Below, piece after piece: positions 1 through 13,300 of a stretch of DNA of 64,000 nucleotides (positions are counted from its first letter, which is position 1; each line of letters opens with the position of its first letter). Where the stretch lies: contig OZ076409.1 of the NCBI GenBank assembly GCA_964187785.1, positions 57,848,001-57,912,000 on the forward strand. Direction: 5' to 3'. The notes under the pieces are model-generated. The model was not told the origin of the DNA and ran no database searches. It worked only from the letters and a program-made list of their open reading frames with translations. A program made the translations under genes and the position numbers. The DNA comes from Amphiscolops sp. MND2022. Its lineage: Eukaryota.

Positions 1-427
1 AGCACAAACTAGCTGTCGGGCTAGTCCAGACGGCTAAACTCAGCAAAAGTACATAAGAGCACACACCAAACCGGCAATTCACACAGCTACAAGCCGGTGC
101 GCAGGGGCTCCAAGCACCAAACAAGGATAATTAAACCAGGGTAAAACCAAGGTAAAACCAATTTGGGCAGTTTTAGTTTGCAGTACCACTTACATAGTTC
201 CAACCAAAAGCCAGCTAGCCTGCTATTTTTCGCATTTCTGTTATATAATAAGATATATACCATGCTGGCGAAGCGGTATGTCACCGCATCGTTCCAAATT
301 GAGAAACTGATAATAATTTGATAGGAGTAACGACAGTCAAGGTGGTTGTGGCAAGACTCCACAAACTCCCCAATCGATTTTCATTAAGGCGCTTTTGACA
401 GCCTAAATTGTCGCTTTAGACTGATGG

Positions 428-1206
428 CCCATGTTGAGCACTCCCTGCGAATTTGTACAGATCTGCACAGATCCTGACAGATATTCCAGGATTGTTCGAA
501 AATTGAATAGTCATAAATTCAGTTTTCGAAAATGAAATTAGTTGGTTAAAAAGTGCTCCACGAAAGAAACACGCCTCTTATTTGAAGTTTTAAAAAAGTT
601 TCTGTGCGAATCTGTAAAAATTCCAGGATTTGTTAAAAATTAACCATACCAATAAATTACTATAACGTATTCCGAGTTTCCAGCAATTACTAAACCTACT
701 CCTGCAAACCATTTTCCCGGAATATTACAATCACAGCACTCTATCAACACCTCTACCAACCCAGAAGGTTGTCACATGTCAAATTTCATCCGTCTAAACG
801 AAGTCAATATGGCAAACGAGCCTGTTGAAAAACCACTTCTGGAAAGTTCAAGTGAAATGGATAAATTCCAGTGTATAACCAACACCGAACATTCGCTAGA
901 CACCAAAATTACCATGATGGGGACAAGATTTCCTGCTCAAGAATTTTGAGTGATGGAGAGTTTCAACTGACTGAGCCTTGGTCAGCAAAAATATCTACTG
1001 AAGAAGCTTAAAATATGAAATGCATAGTTTCACTAGAAGGTCCGGAAAATGTTTCCTGAGAAACTGTACCGAAAATCTTTGAACATCTGTAAAGATCCTT
1101 GCAGATCTGCAGTTGTCCTTACGTAGCAGTGGCACGATCTTTACAGATCCTCAAGGAAAATTGGCTCACAGATCTTTACAGATTCTCAAAGAAAGCTCAA
1201 CATGGG
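428..1206. mobile_element. Non-autonomous DNA transposon (MITE), CCC..GGG termini, probable CMC/EnSpm type
   Basis: Perfect 12-bp TIR CCCATGTTGAGC / GCTCAACATGGG, flanked by GG on both sides (2-bp TSD); subterminal ACAGAT/ATCTG repeats; no coding capacity. Superfamily is inferred from the 2-bp TSD and subterminal repeats. Confidence 0.7.
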
Positions 1207-3117
1207 GGTTTTGTCTGATAATGCATTCGAAATTTAACTAACTTTGAATTCACTTTAGTATAGCTGATTTCCGAGACAATGTTTTGTTTTCGAGAGAAAC
1301 TTGTTTCGAAACAAATGACTGGCCTTTTTAACAACCTCGAAGATGGTATTGTTTCCCTACTTGCTCCTTTTCAGTTGCATTTGATAGGACTTCTTGAAAA
1401 TTGGCGTTAATTTTTGGGTTCATTTTTGACACTAAAGGTCTCTGTTTACTGTATACATTCGATCAATTCAATCAATATTGTGCATATTTTGGTTTTTATT
1501 AGAATTTCTTGAGATCCGGAAAAAAACATACTTGTTCAAAACTGTATAAATTCTGAGAAAATAAAACAATTTGAAAGATTTTTTTCTTAGCCCAGGACAT
1601 TTCTGTCAGCAATCAATTTTTTAATCAGCAACTTTCCAGAAATCAGGTCCTTTTCGAACTTCAGAAAACTTGAAAATGATACTTGATTTTTTTTAAAGTT
1701 TGAAAAAACTGAAGGTTCTGTAATGGTTGAAATTCAGAAATCATGAAAAAAAGTATTGAAAGATGAAAATCAAATTTTACAGTTAGTCTTGAAACAGAAA
1801 CAGGAACACATCGGTGACGGCTAAGAAATTGCTCAGGCGACTATAGTATAGTTTATGCATTTTGAGGCCTTGATTGGAGATTTTCGGGTTAAGTGAAGTC
1901 TTTATACCTGGGAATTCATGCAGCCCCATAAAATATCATAGTAAAAATTTTGCATGCATAACTAATGATCCTTACACACTTTTAAAATTATCAAAAAAAT
2001 ATTTGTGCCGGGAGGTAAATTTTCCTATTGATGTTTGAAGCCCAAAAAGACAAATAGTCTTTTGGCTCCCATGAATCTTTTTGTGAACAAACATAAGAGT
2101 GTCGATGGCACTTGCTTGAAAGATACTAGAAATACAGGCCAGCGGGATCTAAAAACGCAACTTCAGATAAAAGTAACTGGAAATTTTTTTGTGTCTTTTT
2201 GATCATGCCAATATTGCAATGCCAAAATCAAAGAAAAGTACTTTCTGTGTAATTACATCTCTTCAAACATACAGCGTCAGCCAAAGAACCAGAAAAACCA
2301 TGAACCATGCTAGGGCCTGCTAGGATCGATTAATCGCCATTCGGATAACGGCATCGCAATCGTCCACCAGGGAAAGGTGACTATGGAAAAAATTGTTGCG
2401 ATCAATCATTAGAGTGGAAGTCAATCGAATTTCATCACAAAAAGTAGTTTCCACAAACGTTCCACAATATGACCGGAAATTCCTAAATTCTGTCTGAACC
2501 AGCTGTCGTAGCCTTTATTTGTACTTCAGTTTGGTTCTTAGACCATTTTAGAGAGCTTTCGTTCATCAATTGGCCTCGGGTCTAGTTTTCTTATTCTTTG
2601 ACTCACATGGTTGATCGGTAAAAATTGGCATCAGACTTTTGTCTGACAAAATGTATACGAAAAAGCAACGTTTTTGGAACACAAAATCATGTTGAAATAA
2701 CTTTTCCTATTTAACGAGGGAGTCCTTAACATATAGATTTAGTTTTCAAGGTTTTTGGCAAGTTTTCATTTTTCCGTTCCTGGACAACGAAAGCATTGTT
2801 TGGTTGCTGGGAAGTGACTCCCTTCTAGTATTTCGGTAATAATCCTCGTTTTTAAAATAAAGAAAGTATTTTAGGCGTCTTTTCTTTAGGCCCTTCTATA
2901 AAATCATCAGTTAGCGCTTATGGGGACCTACGAGATGTCTTCGAGAATATAAGCCGGAAAATAGAAATGTCAATAAACAACCAGATACGTTGTATTCAAG
3001 TCTCATATACACTATGGTACCAGAAAGCTACGTACACCTGTTGAATTTTTAAAAACTGAGAGGAAAATTTGAAATTTAAACAGAAAAAAAATATAATCAA
3101 ATTAGGAGACAAACACA

Positions 3118-3686
3118 CTAATAACCAATCATATTTCCATCGTTTTTTATAGTTTTTACGAGGCGACTCTCATAAGATGCGTACATATTTCGGATAATTT
3201 CGGGACTGATATTGTTCCAAATATCAATCACTGTTTCTTCCAAATTTTCCCACGTTAGAGTTTGTCCTTGCAGGGATTTCTTCAGTATAGCCCAAATATT
3301 TTCCATGGGGTTCAAATCAGGACTATACGGAGGCCATTCGAGCACATCCCACTTCTTTTCACTTAGATAGTTGGAAACCTCTCTGCTTCTGTGAATTGGG
3401 GCATTATCGTGCTGGAAAACAATGTCCGGTAGGTGCAAATTTCTGTCATACTTTTCAAGAATTTCGACATAGCCGCTGCTATTGAGTGTTGCCGGGCATC
3501 TAATTAGCATCTTCCTGCCATCCGATCGAATAGCTCCCCAGAACATAAGCGAGCGTTTATCAGTGTTCTGCCCTTGAATATTTTTTGAGTGGAAACGCGA
3601 TCCTTTTTCTCGGAAAACTCTTACAATACCGTCACTGTTCAGACGCACACGAGTTTCATCAGTGAAAACCACATTTTCCCAGAATC
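3118..3686 (-). CDS. Tc1 transposase, DDE catalytic part, putative exon 2
   Basis: FWENVVFTDE, MFWGAI, FQHDNAPIH, WPPYSPDLNPMENIW; 34 residues between the second D and the E (DD34E); no stops or frameshifts. Confidence 0.95.
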
Positions 3687-3823
3687 CTTTTCCATCCAGC
3701 CAAGATTATTATGTAAATCTTCATGAGAAAAAGAATAGCAAAAGTAGAGTACTACAAAAATCTGCGATAATAAAAAACAAAAGAAAAAGTCAGAAAAAGT
3801 TGAAACACTTTGTCGATAAAGTT

Positions 3824-4500
3824 GAGGCTTAAGCAGGTCACCGACTTACGCTGTTCCCCGATTGTTTACGGTTCTTAGTCGGCGCTTATATCAAAAAGTG
3901 CCCGACTATTACAATGACATTTATTTTTTTTAGTCGCCGCTTTTAACTGTTCGAATTCAAGTAGATTTGGCGCAGCCGGTTGAATTCTCACTTTTGACAC
4001 CAAAGATTGTGGGTTCCACCCCAGGGCTGTCCCGTGTTTTTAGACGATTTCGCAAACAGAAGAAAAGGGTCACCCTGTGAATTTTTTTCGGCCCTGTGAA
4101 ACAAAAAAAATGAAATATTCGAAAAATCGAAATTTTGAAAAAAATTCCAAAATTCATGCATGGATTTTGTTTCAGTTCAAGGCCGTAATTGGAAGGTTTC
4201 AAAAATAAAAGAATGCATTCTTATTGTGAAATGTTGTGAAAAAAATTGGGAAAATTTCGAAGATTTTTTTTCGAAAATTTCGATTTTTTTTCTAAATTTT
4301 TGATTTTTTTGTCTCACAGTGCCGAAAAATTTCGAAGGGAGACCCTTTGGTGTTGAGAAAAAATTGTCTCACAGTGCCGAAAAGTTTGTAGGAGGGGCCG
4401 TTTGGTGTTGCGATAAAAAAATTAGGAAAATTCCGAAACTTTGAGATTTTTTTCGAAAATTTCCGATTTTTTTGCTGAAAATTTTCGTCTATTTGCGGAC
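3824..4500 (+). mobile_element. Helentron/HINE-like repeat pieces (tail followed by head and central repeats) inside the Tc1 insert
   Basis: Head hairpin TAGTCGGCGC..GTGCCCGACTA (3876-3908) as at 23550-23590 and 63545; degenerate tail CACCGACTT..CTGTTCCCCGATTGTT just before it; central repeats AAGGGAGACCCTTTG / CTCACAGTGCCGAAAA. Right boundary approximate. Confidence 0.65.
3961..4032 (+). repeat. tRNA-derived (SINE-head-like) Pol III module
   Basis: A-box-like TGGCGCAGCCGG (3968-3979) and B-box-like GGTTCCACCCC (4012-4022) at tRNA spacing; stems do not close. Confidence 0.55.
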
Positions 4501-4593
4501 TCTGTGTATGACTCTGTGTATGATTTTCCTTCCCAAAATTGAAAATTTTTTACTATGTACTTTTTTCAGTGAGTGCAAGGCTGGACAAAAAAC

Positions 4594-5026
4594 CGAGCGG
4601 CTTCTTGGACATTCGCAAGCACCATTTTTTCCTCGTTGTTCGTTGTTTTTTATTGAGCTGAAATTTTTTAGCCGCCACTCTAGAAACTAGCCCATACTTC
4701 TTCAGAACTCGCCGAATTGTAGATCTTGAGACACTTTTTGAGGTTGCAAAAGAATTATACTTTACCCTGATTCTTTGTAATGTAGTTTTGGGATCGTTTT
4801 TGACGCTTCTTATAATTAATCTTTTGTCTTTTTTGCTAAGTTTTTCCGGTCTTCCTGGTGGTTTTTTTGGAGAATAAGAACTGGTTTTCAAAAAGCGCTT
4901 GTAAGCTGACTGTGCTGTTGATCGTGACTTCAAACCCAATTTCTCTTTGATTTGATTGTAAGATAACCCAATCTCGCGAAGAGTAACAATTTTGCAAACC
5001 AAAAATGAATCAAGCGGTTTAACCAT
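4594..5026 (-). CDS. Tc1 transposase, N-terminal part (paired-like HTH DNA-binding region), putative exon 1
   Basis: ATG at 5026 (MVKPLDSF...), HTH-like GLSYNQIKEKLG, GRPEKL motif, second HTH (SVSRSTIRRVLKKYG), R..WC motif, ends KPL-G before a GT. Confidence 0.9.
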
Positions 5027-5504
5027 TTTCGAAGCACAACTTCCGGTAACTGATTGAAATTGTTCACAAATGTTTTCATTTTTTTTGACTTGAAAAAAAT
5101 TCAAAAAATTCAGCTGTACTTAGCTTTTTGGTACCATAGTGTATTTCACATCCGAAGTACCTATTTTATATTCGTATTTATGAGAAACTGGATTCAGTTC
5201 GACTCAATTAGAAAAGTCGATTATTCCGGGGGTGGCTGAATTCGCACCCACAGTTTCCACCTGGTAGCGATCAAAAAACCAGGAAAAACGCTATATCCGA
5301 ATTTTTGACGTTGTATCCGGAGATATCATTCGATAAAAGATAATTCCGAAACATTTCTGCGATTCAGTTGGATAAGATGAACACCCCGACATTAGATAGA
5401 TTCAAACACCCAACTGAAGTCTAGCCAGACGCAAAAAAGTCAGAGAAAACTTCATTATTATAAAACTTCATAAAATTCAAAACAGTCAAAATAGATTTTA
5501 AAAA

Positions 5505-5570
5505 TATTGAACCTGCGCAAGATTCGAACGGATTTCCATTGGCTTCTCAGTTAACCATTAGGCCATCGGA
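5505..5570 (-). repeat. tRNA-derived (SINE-head-like) module
   Basis: Minus-strand A box TGGCCTAATGG (5555-5565) and B-box-like GTTCGAATCT (5520-5529); tail resembles the module at 30853-30925. Confidence 0.5.
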
Positions 5571-6150
5571 CTTTAGATCTGAGACAACTCAGTAGAACCT
5601 ATAAAAGTACTTATAGTTGCTATTACAATTCAGTATTATCACTATAAACACCAAAGAACCATTACCAGAACCTGTTCTTGAAATGAAAATTTTCTCAACT
5701 AAACTCGCACAGTGCCAAACAATGCCGAAAAGGACGCTGCCTTTTGTCTCAAATGCTTTTGCATTATGCAAAAAACTAAAGAGGAATGTTCTTAAGGAAT
5801 TTTAAAATTTTTTCTCTTAAAGTCACACGTTTCCGGAAAAAAACACTCAATAACTTTTTCAATCCGAATCGAATCATCCATATAAGTTTGTCATTCTCTG
5901 AATGTCTAGACCTTTTCACTCAAATTCCAATCTCAAAGAACTTTTGTGGAACGTTTAAATTTTCTTTTCGCAGGATTGAAGTAAAACAACAAAAAGTCAC
6001 TAGAATAGTCGCGTTTTGTTCCATTATGCCTTGATTAAAAATATAGTGAAATGGTAAAATTCCACGAATTTAGACAATGTTTACAGGATACAGACACATA
6101 CATTTTTTTGAGAAAATTGGCAGCGAATTTTGTGGATGAACTCACTTTGA
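5553..6150. repeat. ~600-bp direct repeat, copy 1
   Basis: Collinear with 9779-10376 (roughly 80% identity by eye), e.g. AACCATTAGGCCATC..ATGAACTCAC. Confidence 0.9.
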
Positions 6151-9100
6151 ATTGAATAAAGTACTTTAACGTCTTTTTTGACGATATAATGTTAAAATGC
6201 AAAGTGTCAACAAATTAAACGTCAAAGGACGAAACATTTCAGGTCGACATTGAAGTTTTCGCCCTGAGAACCAACTTTACTTCCCAATGAAACCTATTTT
6301 GATTCATTGGTTAAGTAATGAATCACATGGAAATTCAGAAAGACTAGTAGTAAATACTGAAGTCATCAGACTTCTTTGAGATAAAACTGTTTGCAGTGTT
6401 TGTAACGACTTTTTCAACTGACGATTCTGACAACTTTGTCAAGTTACTTAGGTATTAGGTCGAGAGTGCGTAACCAATTGTATGTTCTAGCGATTGTCAT
6501 CTTCAAAGAACGCCGTTAGAGGATAGTTCGAGAGTAAGCCGTTGCTAGAAGACCTTTCGTTTTCCGCCGAGTATTCATATGGGCCGCAAAGTAAATGAAT
6601 GTAAATCCTGTATACAAAATAAAAACGGCGACTTGCCTCAAAGCTGCCTGAATAACTCCCGTACGAGCTCAACAACATACATTTCATAAGCAGCAAATAT
6701 ATTGTGACTTTCGTACATACACTGTAGAGAATTGCATCGCTTTTTGAAGAAAATTACCTTTAGTATTCTTCTCTGAGCTTTTTCAATCAGTTGAAGATTA
6801 GTCTTCGCAGTACCGCCATTAACCTACAAACCTTGTTTCAATTGGTTTTGCTATTGTTTTATAGAACATAAGTGAGCATCTGGTCAGAAACACTTTTATT
6901 ATATTAAATGTCAGGCAGCAAAAAATATTCAATTTTTATTGTTACGTAGTTAACGTGGTATTTGAGATTGAGTTGGTGTCAATTTGTAGGCAGAGGTATT
7001 CTCTGTGTCCTCTCAATAGTAGTTCGTTATCGAAAGGTATCGTTAGGGAGGGGTTGTGCACGGCCAAAACCGACATCGTCGCATTTTCCTACATTACCGG
7101 TCAGTTTGTTAGTGGCAAGCCACTTTATAAGGCGTTGAATATCGCTAGTAAATACATGTGATGTATTTCGACCAAGGTTATATACAGTTGTATCATCAGC
7201 CAATGACGTTATTTTACTCAGTAGACAATTCTTGGGAAGGTCAATAATGTAGATGGGAAAGAGAAATGGGCCTAGGTCGGAGCCCTGTGGATCTCCACAC
7301 GTTGTTTACTGCTTTCTGAAACTTTTTCGCGTTTACTTCAAAGAATTGTTTTCTATCTGTTATATAGTAGGTAGTAACTTTGAGTACTGATTCTCTAAAC
7401 CTATTCCCGTTTAGATTCTCCAAGAAAATTGAATGGTCTAGCGTATCGAAAGGGTTTCTTTAGATCAATGAAGCGTTCGATTCTTGAGCACCGCTTGTCA
7501 ATTTCGTTTCTGATGTAACCTATAACTTCACCTATAGCATAAGAACAAATTCGGTAGCTACGAAAACCACACTGAATGGACGAGAATAGGTTGATTTCTG
7601 TGAAAAACATTTTATTTGTTCCGAGAATACATTTTCAAAAACTTTGTCTATTGGACTCTATATACTGATGGGTCTGTGTTTTTGGGTTAATTCTTGTCCT
7701 TTTTTAAAATATTGGGACAACTTTGGCTATCTTGAAGTTTTTGGGAAACTCTGCCATGCATTTATTCACAATTTTGCAGATGTATTTATCGATTACCGAA
7801 CAGCAGTTTTTCAGAATTGCGTTACCAATACCTTCATTAACAATAATCTGTTTGTTCTCGAGCTTATTCATGATTGAGCTGATTTCTTCCAAATATACTT
7901 CATAAAAAACTATGGTGGAGTCGTTCTGAACAAATTGAAAACTATATTTTGAATCTGGTTAATGATTTGACAGAATATTCCTCCAGAAAAAGAAATGCTT
8001 AGGCTTTCAACATCAAGAAAATCTGGTGTTTTATTCTGATGGCTGTTGCGGCCTTTTAGTTTTTAGTACTCTAACGTGACGGTAAGAGTTTCACCTAATT
8101 CTTTGAAGTTTAGCTTTTTTTAGCATTTCTAATCAAACTTAAATGTCTGATGGCGATCGTTTTTGAAAACTTGTTATCCAATTTCGAAACAGGCTGTGGC
8201 GTTTCTTAATGCAGTTTTTAATTAGATAGCCTATCCACGAACTGTGTTTTTCTCTTCATTGTTGTTTCAGAGGCAAATCGGTCAACACATTCACGATTTT
8301 AATTTGTGATGTTCTCTATGTAAAGTTCAATGCCCATATCGTTGTCAATTTCGCGGAGTTTCTGATGTAGCACGTTTCTAAGCTTAATGATATTCCTTGG
8401 TAGTGGAATCAGTTGAGCGAATGGTTTTCGAACACTGTAACACTGGAATGTCAGGTTCGAGCTTGTACTGGTGACTAATCATTAGCTTGATAGTTTTTGC
8501 TTTCAGGAATGAGTTCGATGAAACGTGATCTGTACATGTCGCTCTAATAGTCGTAACACGTGTTGACTCAATGTTTTGCACGCTCAAGCCATATGCTCTT
8601 AATATGTTCAGGTTTTGTCGGTTTTCGCTGTTGTTAACCAAAGTGTCTACAATAAAATCACTAAAATTTATGCCGTCATTTTTCAAGTCTCTCAAAAATT
8701 GTAGTAAAGATTCGAACACTTCCATAATTTTTTATACCGTACTGCATCAGGTCGATAGACAACTCAATAGTATTTTTATGTTACCTTTATGAAATGTGAA
8801 CGTTCTTGCCAAACATTCCAGATCGATTCGTACTCCAGTATCTGATACTCAATATGTCTTTCGCATAAAAAGCCACTCCATCGCGTATTTCTGTTTTTAG
8901 CTGTTTTGATTCAAATATTTGATATCTCTCAGAGTCGAATTGTTCAAAGGATCATCTTGTGTTAACCAGACTGCAGTCAATAAAATTAGAGCGGGAACAC
9001 TGTCACGCAAAGTATTCGGAGCTCATCTAATCGAAATCATGAAGAACGGATTTTTAACGCGATGAGAAATGGTTTCCAATTCGGAAATTCAGTAAGTTGG

Positions 9101-9778
9101 TTCTCTGTAGAACATAACATCAAATAGAGTTTAGAATGTTTTACCACATCAACATTGCAGTCAAACTTAGAAAATCACTGTTAAGAAGCAAGCATGCGCG
9201 TTTTCTTAACATTGATATTTTTAAACATATCGATAGTATAAATATGGTTTTTTGAATGTGCAAGTTCGATTGCAATTTATTAGTAACGTTCACTTGGGTG
9301 GTAATCATCGTAGGTGCGAGTGTTTGAGTCTAAGCAGAGCAGAAATTTTGAAGCTCCGACACTCCGTCCCCGGGTGATTCTCGAATTTTCGAAGCGACTT
9401 TTCCTGCAAACAACTCGTATACCTGCAGACGAAGAGGCCTACCGTCAGTTGTTCGTGGCATGTTTTCGAAGATAAGAGTATATTTTCACATATACTTCTC
9501 TTGTCAAGCACTCTAGTCTCTAATTCTGATAAACGATTTTGTAAAGTGATGACAACATTGTCCTTCTTCGATAAATTTCCATAAAGTTTAAGCGAACCTC
9601 GTAATTTTGGGTCTTCAATGACTTTTTTCAGTTCAAAAAGTTTCATTTTAGGTAGTGCCTTGCAAGTGTTTAGTTCAAATGTTCTTTCAGTATTGCATAT
9701 TAAAGCTAGCTTCTATGCAGTGAATCACAACCGACAGCTTAATCATGCATTCTTGTAATTTTGTTCAGTCTATCTCTC
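6150..9778 (-). mobile_element. Degraded non-LTR retrotransposon (APE-RT LINE, CR1/L2-group-like), near full length
   Basis: Minus-strand fragments in order: coiled-coil ORF1 piece (9305-9646), APE C-terminus (SDF, STRVT, TCTDH, ISH; 8384-8725), RT pieces (FKIAKVVPIF, QCGFR, FIDLKKPF, GDPQGSDLGP, LADDT at ~7190-7205); many stops and frameshifts; ATTCAATTCA-like 3' end near 6150. Confidence 0.85.
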
Positions 9779-10376
9779 AACCACTAGGCCATCAGACATT
9801 AGACCTGAGACAACGCAGTAAAACCTATAGAAAAACTTATAGTTGCTAATGCGTTTGAGTATCATAACTATAAACATCAAAGAACCATTACCAGAAACTG
9901 TTTTCGAAATGATAATTTTCTCAAGTAAACTCGCACAGCGCCAAAAAAATCAAAAAGGACTCGGCTGTTTGTCTCAAATGCTTTTGCCTTGTACAAAAAA
10001 TTGTAAAAATAGGCCCTTATGGACATTCAAGAGTTTTTCGGTTAAAATCACACATTTCTGGAAGAAAAACACTCAATATCTTTTCATTCCAAAAATCCAA
10101 ATACGTATGTCACAATTCGAATGTGTGGACCTTTTCAATCCATTGCCAATATTGTAGAACTGTTGTGGAACGTTTATGTTTTGTTTCGCAGGATTAAAAT
10201 AAAAACAACGAAAAGTCACTATAATAGTCTTGTTTTGTTTCATTAGGCGCTGACTTAAACTCTACTGAAATTGTGGAATTTCAAGAACTTAGACATTGGT
10301 CACAAGATAACGATACAAACGTTTTTTTTTAAAAAAAAAAGTTGGCTGCATAGTTTTTTGAATGAACTCACCTTGA
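9779..10376. repeat. ~600-bp direct repeat, copy 2
   Basis: Collinear with 5553-6150. Confidence 0.9.
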
Positions 10377-13300
10377 CCGTTGTAAATCCCGATTACCGAT
10401 AAAAAATGAACCAAGCAAATGCTCATATTATAAAACAAGTTGACAAAAGTCTCCGACTAAACTCCTCGAAATATTGCGTATTATCTAGTATAAACCAAAA
10501 GTAGCGATAAATGTCGGGAAAACTGTGTAGTAATTGAGATTAATTTTAATTGCAGTGAGAACATGTCTCCGCAATGGAATTGATTAAGAATTTATATTGG
10601 GGAAGGAAGTGGTCTAATTCCCTAATCGATCCGTAACAAGCTGCAGGAAGACACCCAGATGAGAATCGGGAGCAACAGCGATCGCAATCTCCCCAACCCG
10701 CCATAAAAGGAAGGGTCTACCAATTGTGCACAAAGTGGGAGGGTACTGAATCTCTGTTCAGCTTGCTTCTCATTGGTAACGTGCATGAAAAAGAGATGCG
10801 AAGGTATTTAGTTTAGCTGTTGAGACGACAAGGCATCAAAATGACTTGCAAATATTTCAAGTGTTGATGGAAAGATAATTTTTAAGAGCCAATGTGCCAT
10901 TGGGGTGTCGCGAGCGCGTGAAATATTTCACGACGATGCCATAATGGATATCGAGCCGTACAGAAAAGGCGTCCGTAAGGACTAAATGCGTGCAAAACTT
11001 TTCTGTTTGTCTGATTTTGCGTCTTTAAAGAGGCTTTGTTCTTTTTGAGGAGGCAGTGCCTAGGGGTAAAGAAGAAAACAAAAGGTGAATGAATTCGATG
11101 GAACTTGTTGCTTAAAGATGAGCAGATTATTTTCTGCCTGTTGCCATTCCATCTCAGCGCGGTTGTTGTCATCATGAATTTGACAAGAAAAAAAAACAAA
11201 ACTTTAAGCAATAGAGATTAGGCGAAAATTCAATAAAACGCAACTTGTTAAAAGGTTCTTTCCACACTATTGTTTTTTGCTTGGGCTGGAATGAAACAAC
11301 TTCTGGGCTCGACATTTGCTTCTCTTGCTATTTACTACCCGAATGTTGTCGGCATTATTTATGAACTCTACAGCAATTGATCTTTTGTTACTGCAACAAT
11401 TTTTTGCCAGCAGAGACACCACAGAGTACAATTAATTTTATAACCAACTTCCAGTAGGAACCAACAGTTTTGCCGATCGATATCAACTATAAATTGAAGC
11501 TGCATGAAATCACAATTACAGATGAATTAATCGAAATTGTAATCCTACAAAATTTAATTAGAAGAATTTCCCAAGAAAAAATGTGCACGAAATTTTGTTG
11601 ACAATTGAGCATGTAATGTCGAGGTTATATTACAAATAAGGCCGATCCTGAGATCGATATATACAGAGGCATCAAATTCATAACAATACTGAGCTTGTCA
11701 TGCATAACAAGACGTTATGGAAGAACCAGATAAGGTTAAAAAGGCTGTCGGATAACAAACAAATACAGAACTAGAACTACAAGAATTTAAATTGTGTATC
11801 AGAATCTATGGTGACCTAATAAGCCGAAGCCAACGTTCTCCAGTATGCGCCAGTCAGTTGCATTTGAACCATGACAGACTATTTGGGCTGTTTGCTTTCG
11901 AGTTGTTTGACATTTTTACGTTTCGGTTCACTTTTCATAAAATGTCGGAAATTACACTAGGGTAACAACAATCTAAAGACACTCAATTTCGTTGACAAAA
12001 AAAATAAAATTCAAACTGCAGTATCTGTTTACAACATCAATTGATTCCAAAGTCCCCCAACGCAAAACTTTTCAATATTTGATTGGAATTACAAGGGTGT
12101 TTTTGTTATGAAATCAAACGAAAATTACAAAAGGTATAACGCTGTTGGACAACTGTGAGCCGTATGAATAAGTCGTAGGAGCAGCGTCCACTTGCCTATT
12201 CCTCTGGCCATTCTGTTCTAGTAAATTCTCTATCAGTGTCTTCAAAGTTGCCGTTCCATTCTGGAGCCGATCAAGTTTTTCCTCATTTTCTCGTTGAGTC
12301 TCAGGAAAAATCGAAGGAGAATAAAATCAAACTTGTCCTTTCTCATTTATAATACTATTTGTGTCTTCCATTTCGTTATTGCTTTACTTTGCAGAAGATT
12401 AAATCCTGAGTTTAAAATATTCGGTTTTCCCGTTTCTGATAATTTCATACGAAGACATAGGAAGAGATTGCTCATACGATGACAAAGACATGAATTTTGT
12501 AGGATAAGATGTGAATTGTAGAAATTGTAAGTGAATCACTAAATTTTACAGGCTAAGAGAACTAGCAACATAGTCTGATCAGACACGTACAAGTCGGGTT
12601 TATTGTGGTAAACGGTAGCCTCCCGTTGGTAGGTCGTAAGACGCTTTTCTTACCACCGAGCACTCTCATTGGTTTACCAACGAAGTGCTGATTAAAGTTT
12701 GGTCCCCTGACCGTTTACCATCTTTTACGTAGTGGGGCAACCGACTGCAAATTGCGCGCCAACGTTTATTTTGAAACAGGTTGCGTGATTATTAAATCAG
12801 TTCGAACCGCATTGGAAAATTAGCACCTTTGAGTCATTATAAGGTGGATAAATACAGAAAGAGATGTGGAAACAATGAAATTCGATCCTGTCATGACATA
12901 AATTACATCGAACGAAATTGATAGATGTATTAGCGATGCTTTCATTAAGATAATTGAGCAATTAGATGAAGAAACAATAATCCACTAATTTTTCTACCAT
13001 TTTTCTGTTTTTTGTGTATGTTTCATGTTACGTATATAAAATTTGATGTGAAAACGATGGTTGAATTTCAATTTTCTAGTATGACAGCGTTGATGATGTG
13101 AAAACAATTATAGTAAAATGGGGTCTCAGGATGAAAGTGGAAGGGAAGTTTATCGTTTTGTCATCGTTTTTGTATAATGAATAAATCGATGCGTGGACGA
13201 TGAAAGAATTTCATCGTTCTTTCATCGTCGAGGATTTAATAGCAATGTCGCGCGGGAGCGATGTTGAATTGAGAAGTAATACATTTGCCTTATAACAGTT

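Larger units (their letters stand above)
3010..5141 (-). mobile_element. Tc1/mariner (Tc1-type, DD34E) DNA transposon, full length
   Basis: Imperfect ~40-bp TIRs starting CACTATGGTACCA (3010 and reverse complement ending 5141), TA dinucleotide on both sides (3008-3009, 5142-5143), internal transposase. Confidence 0.95.
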
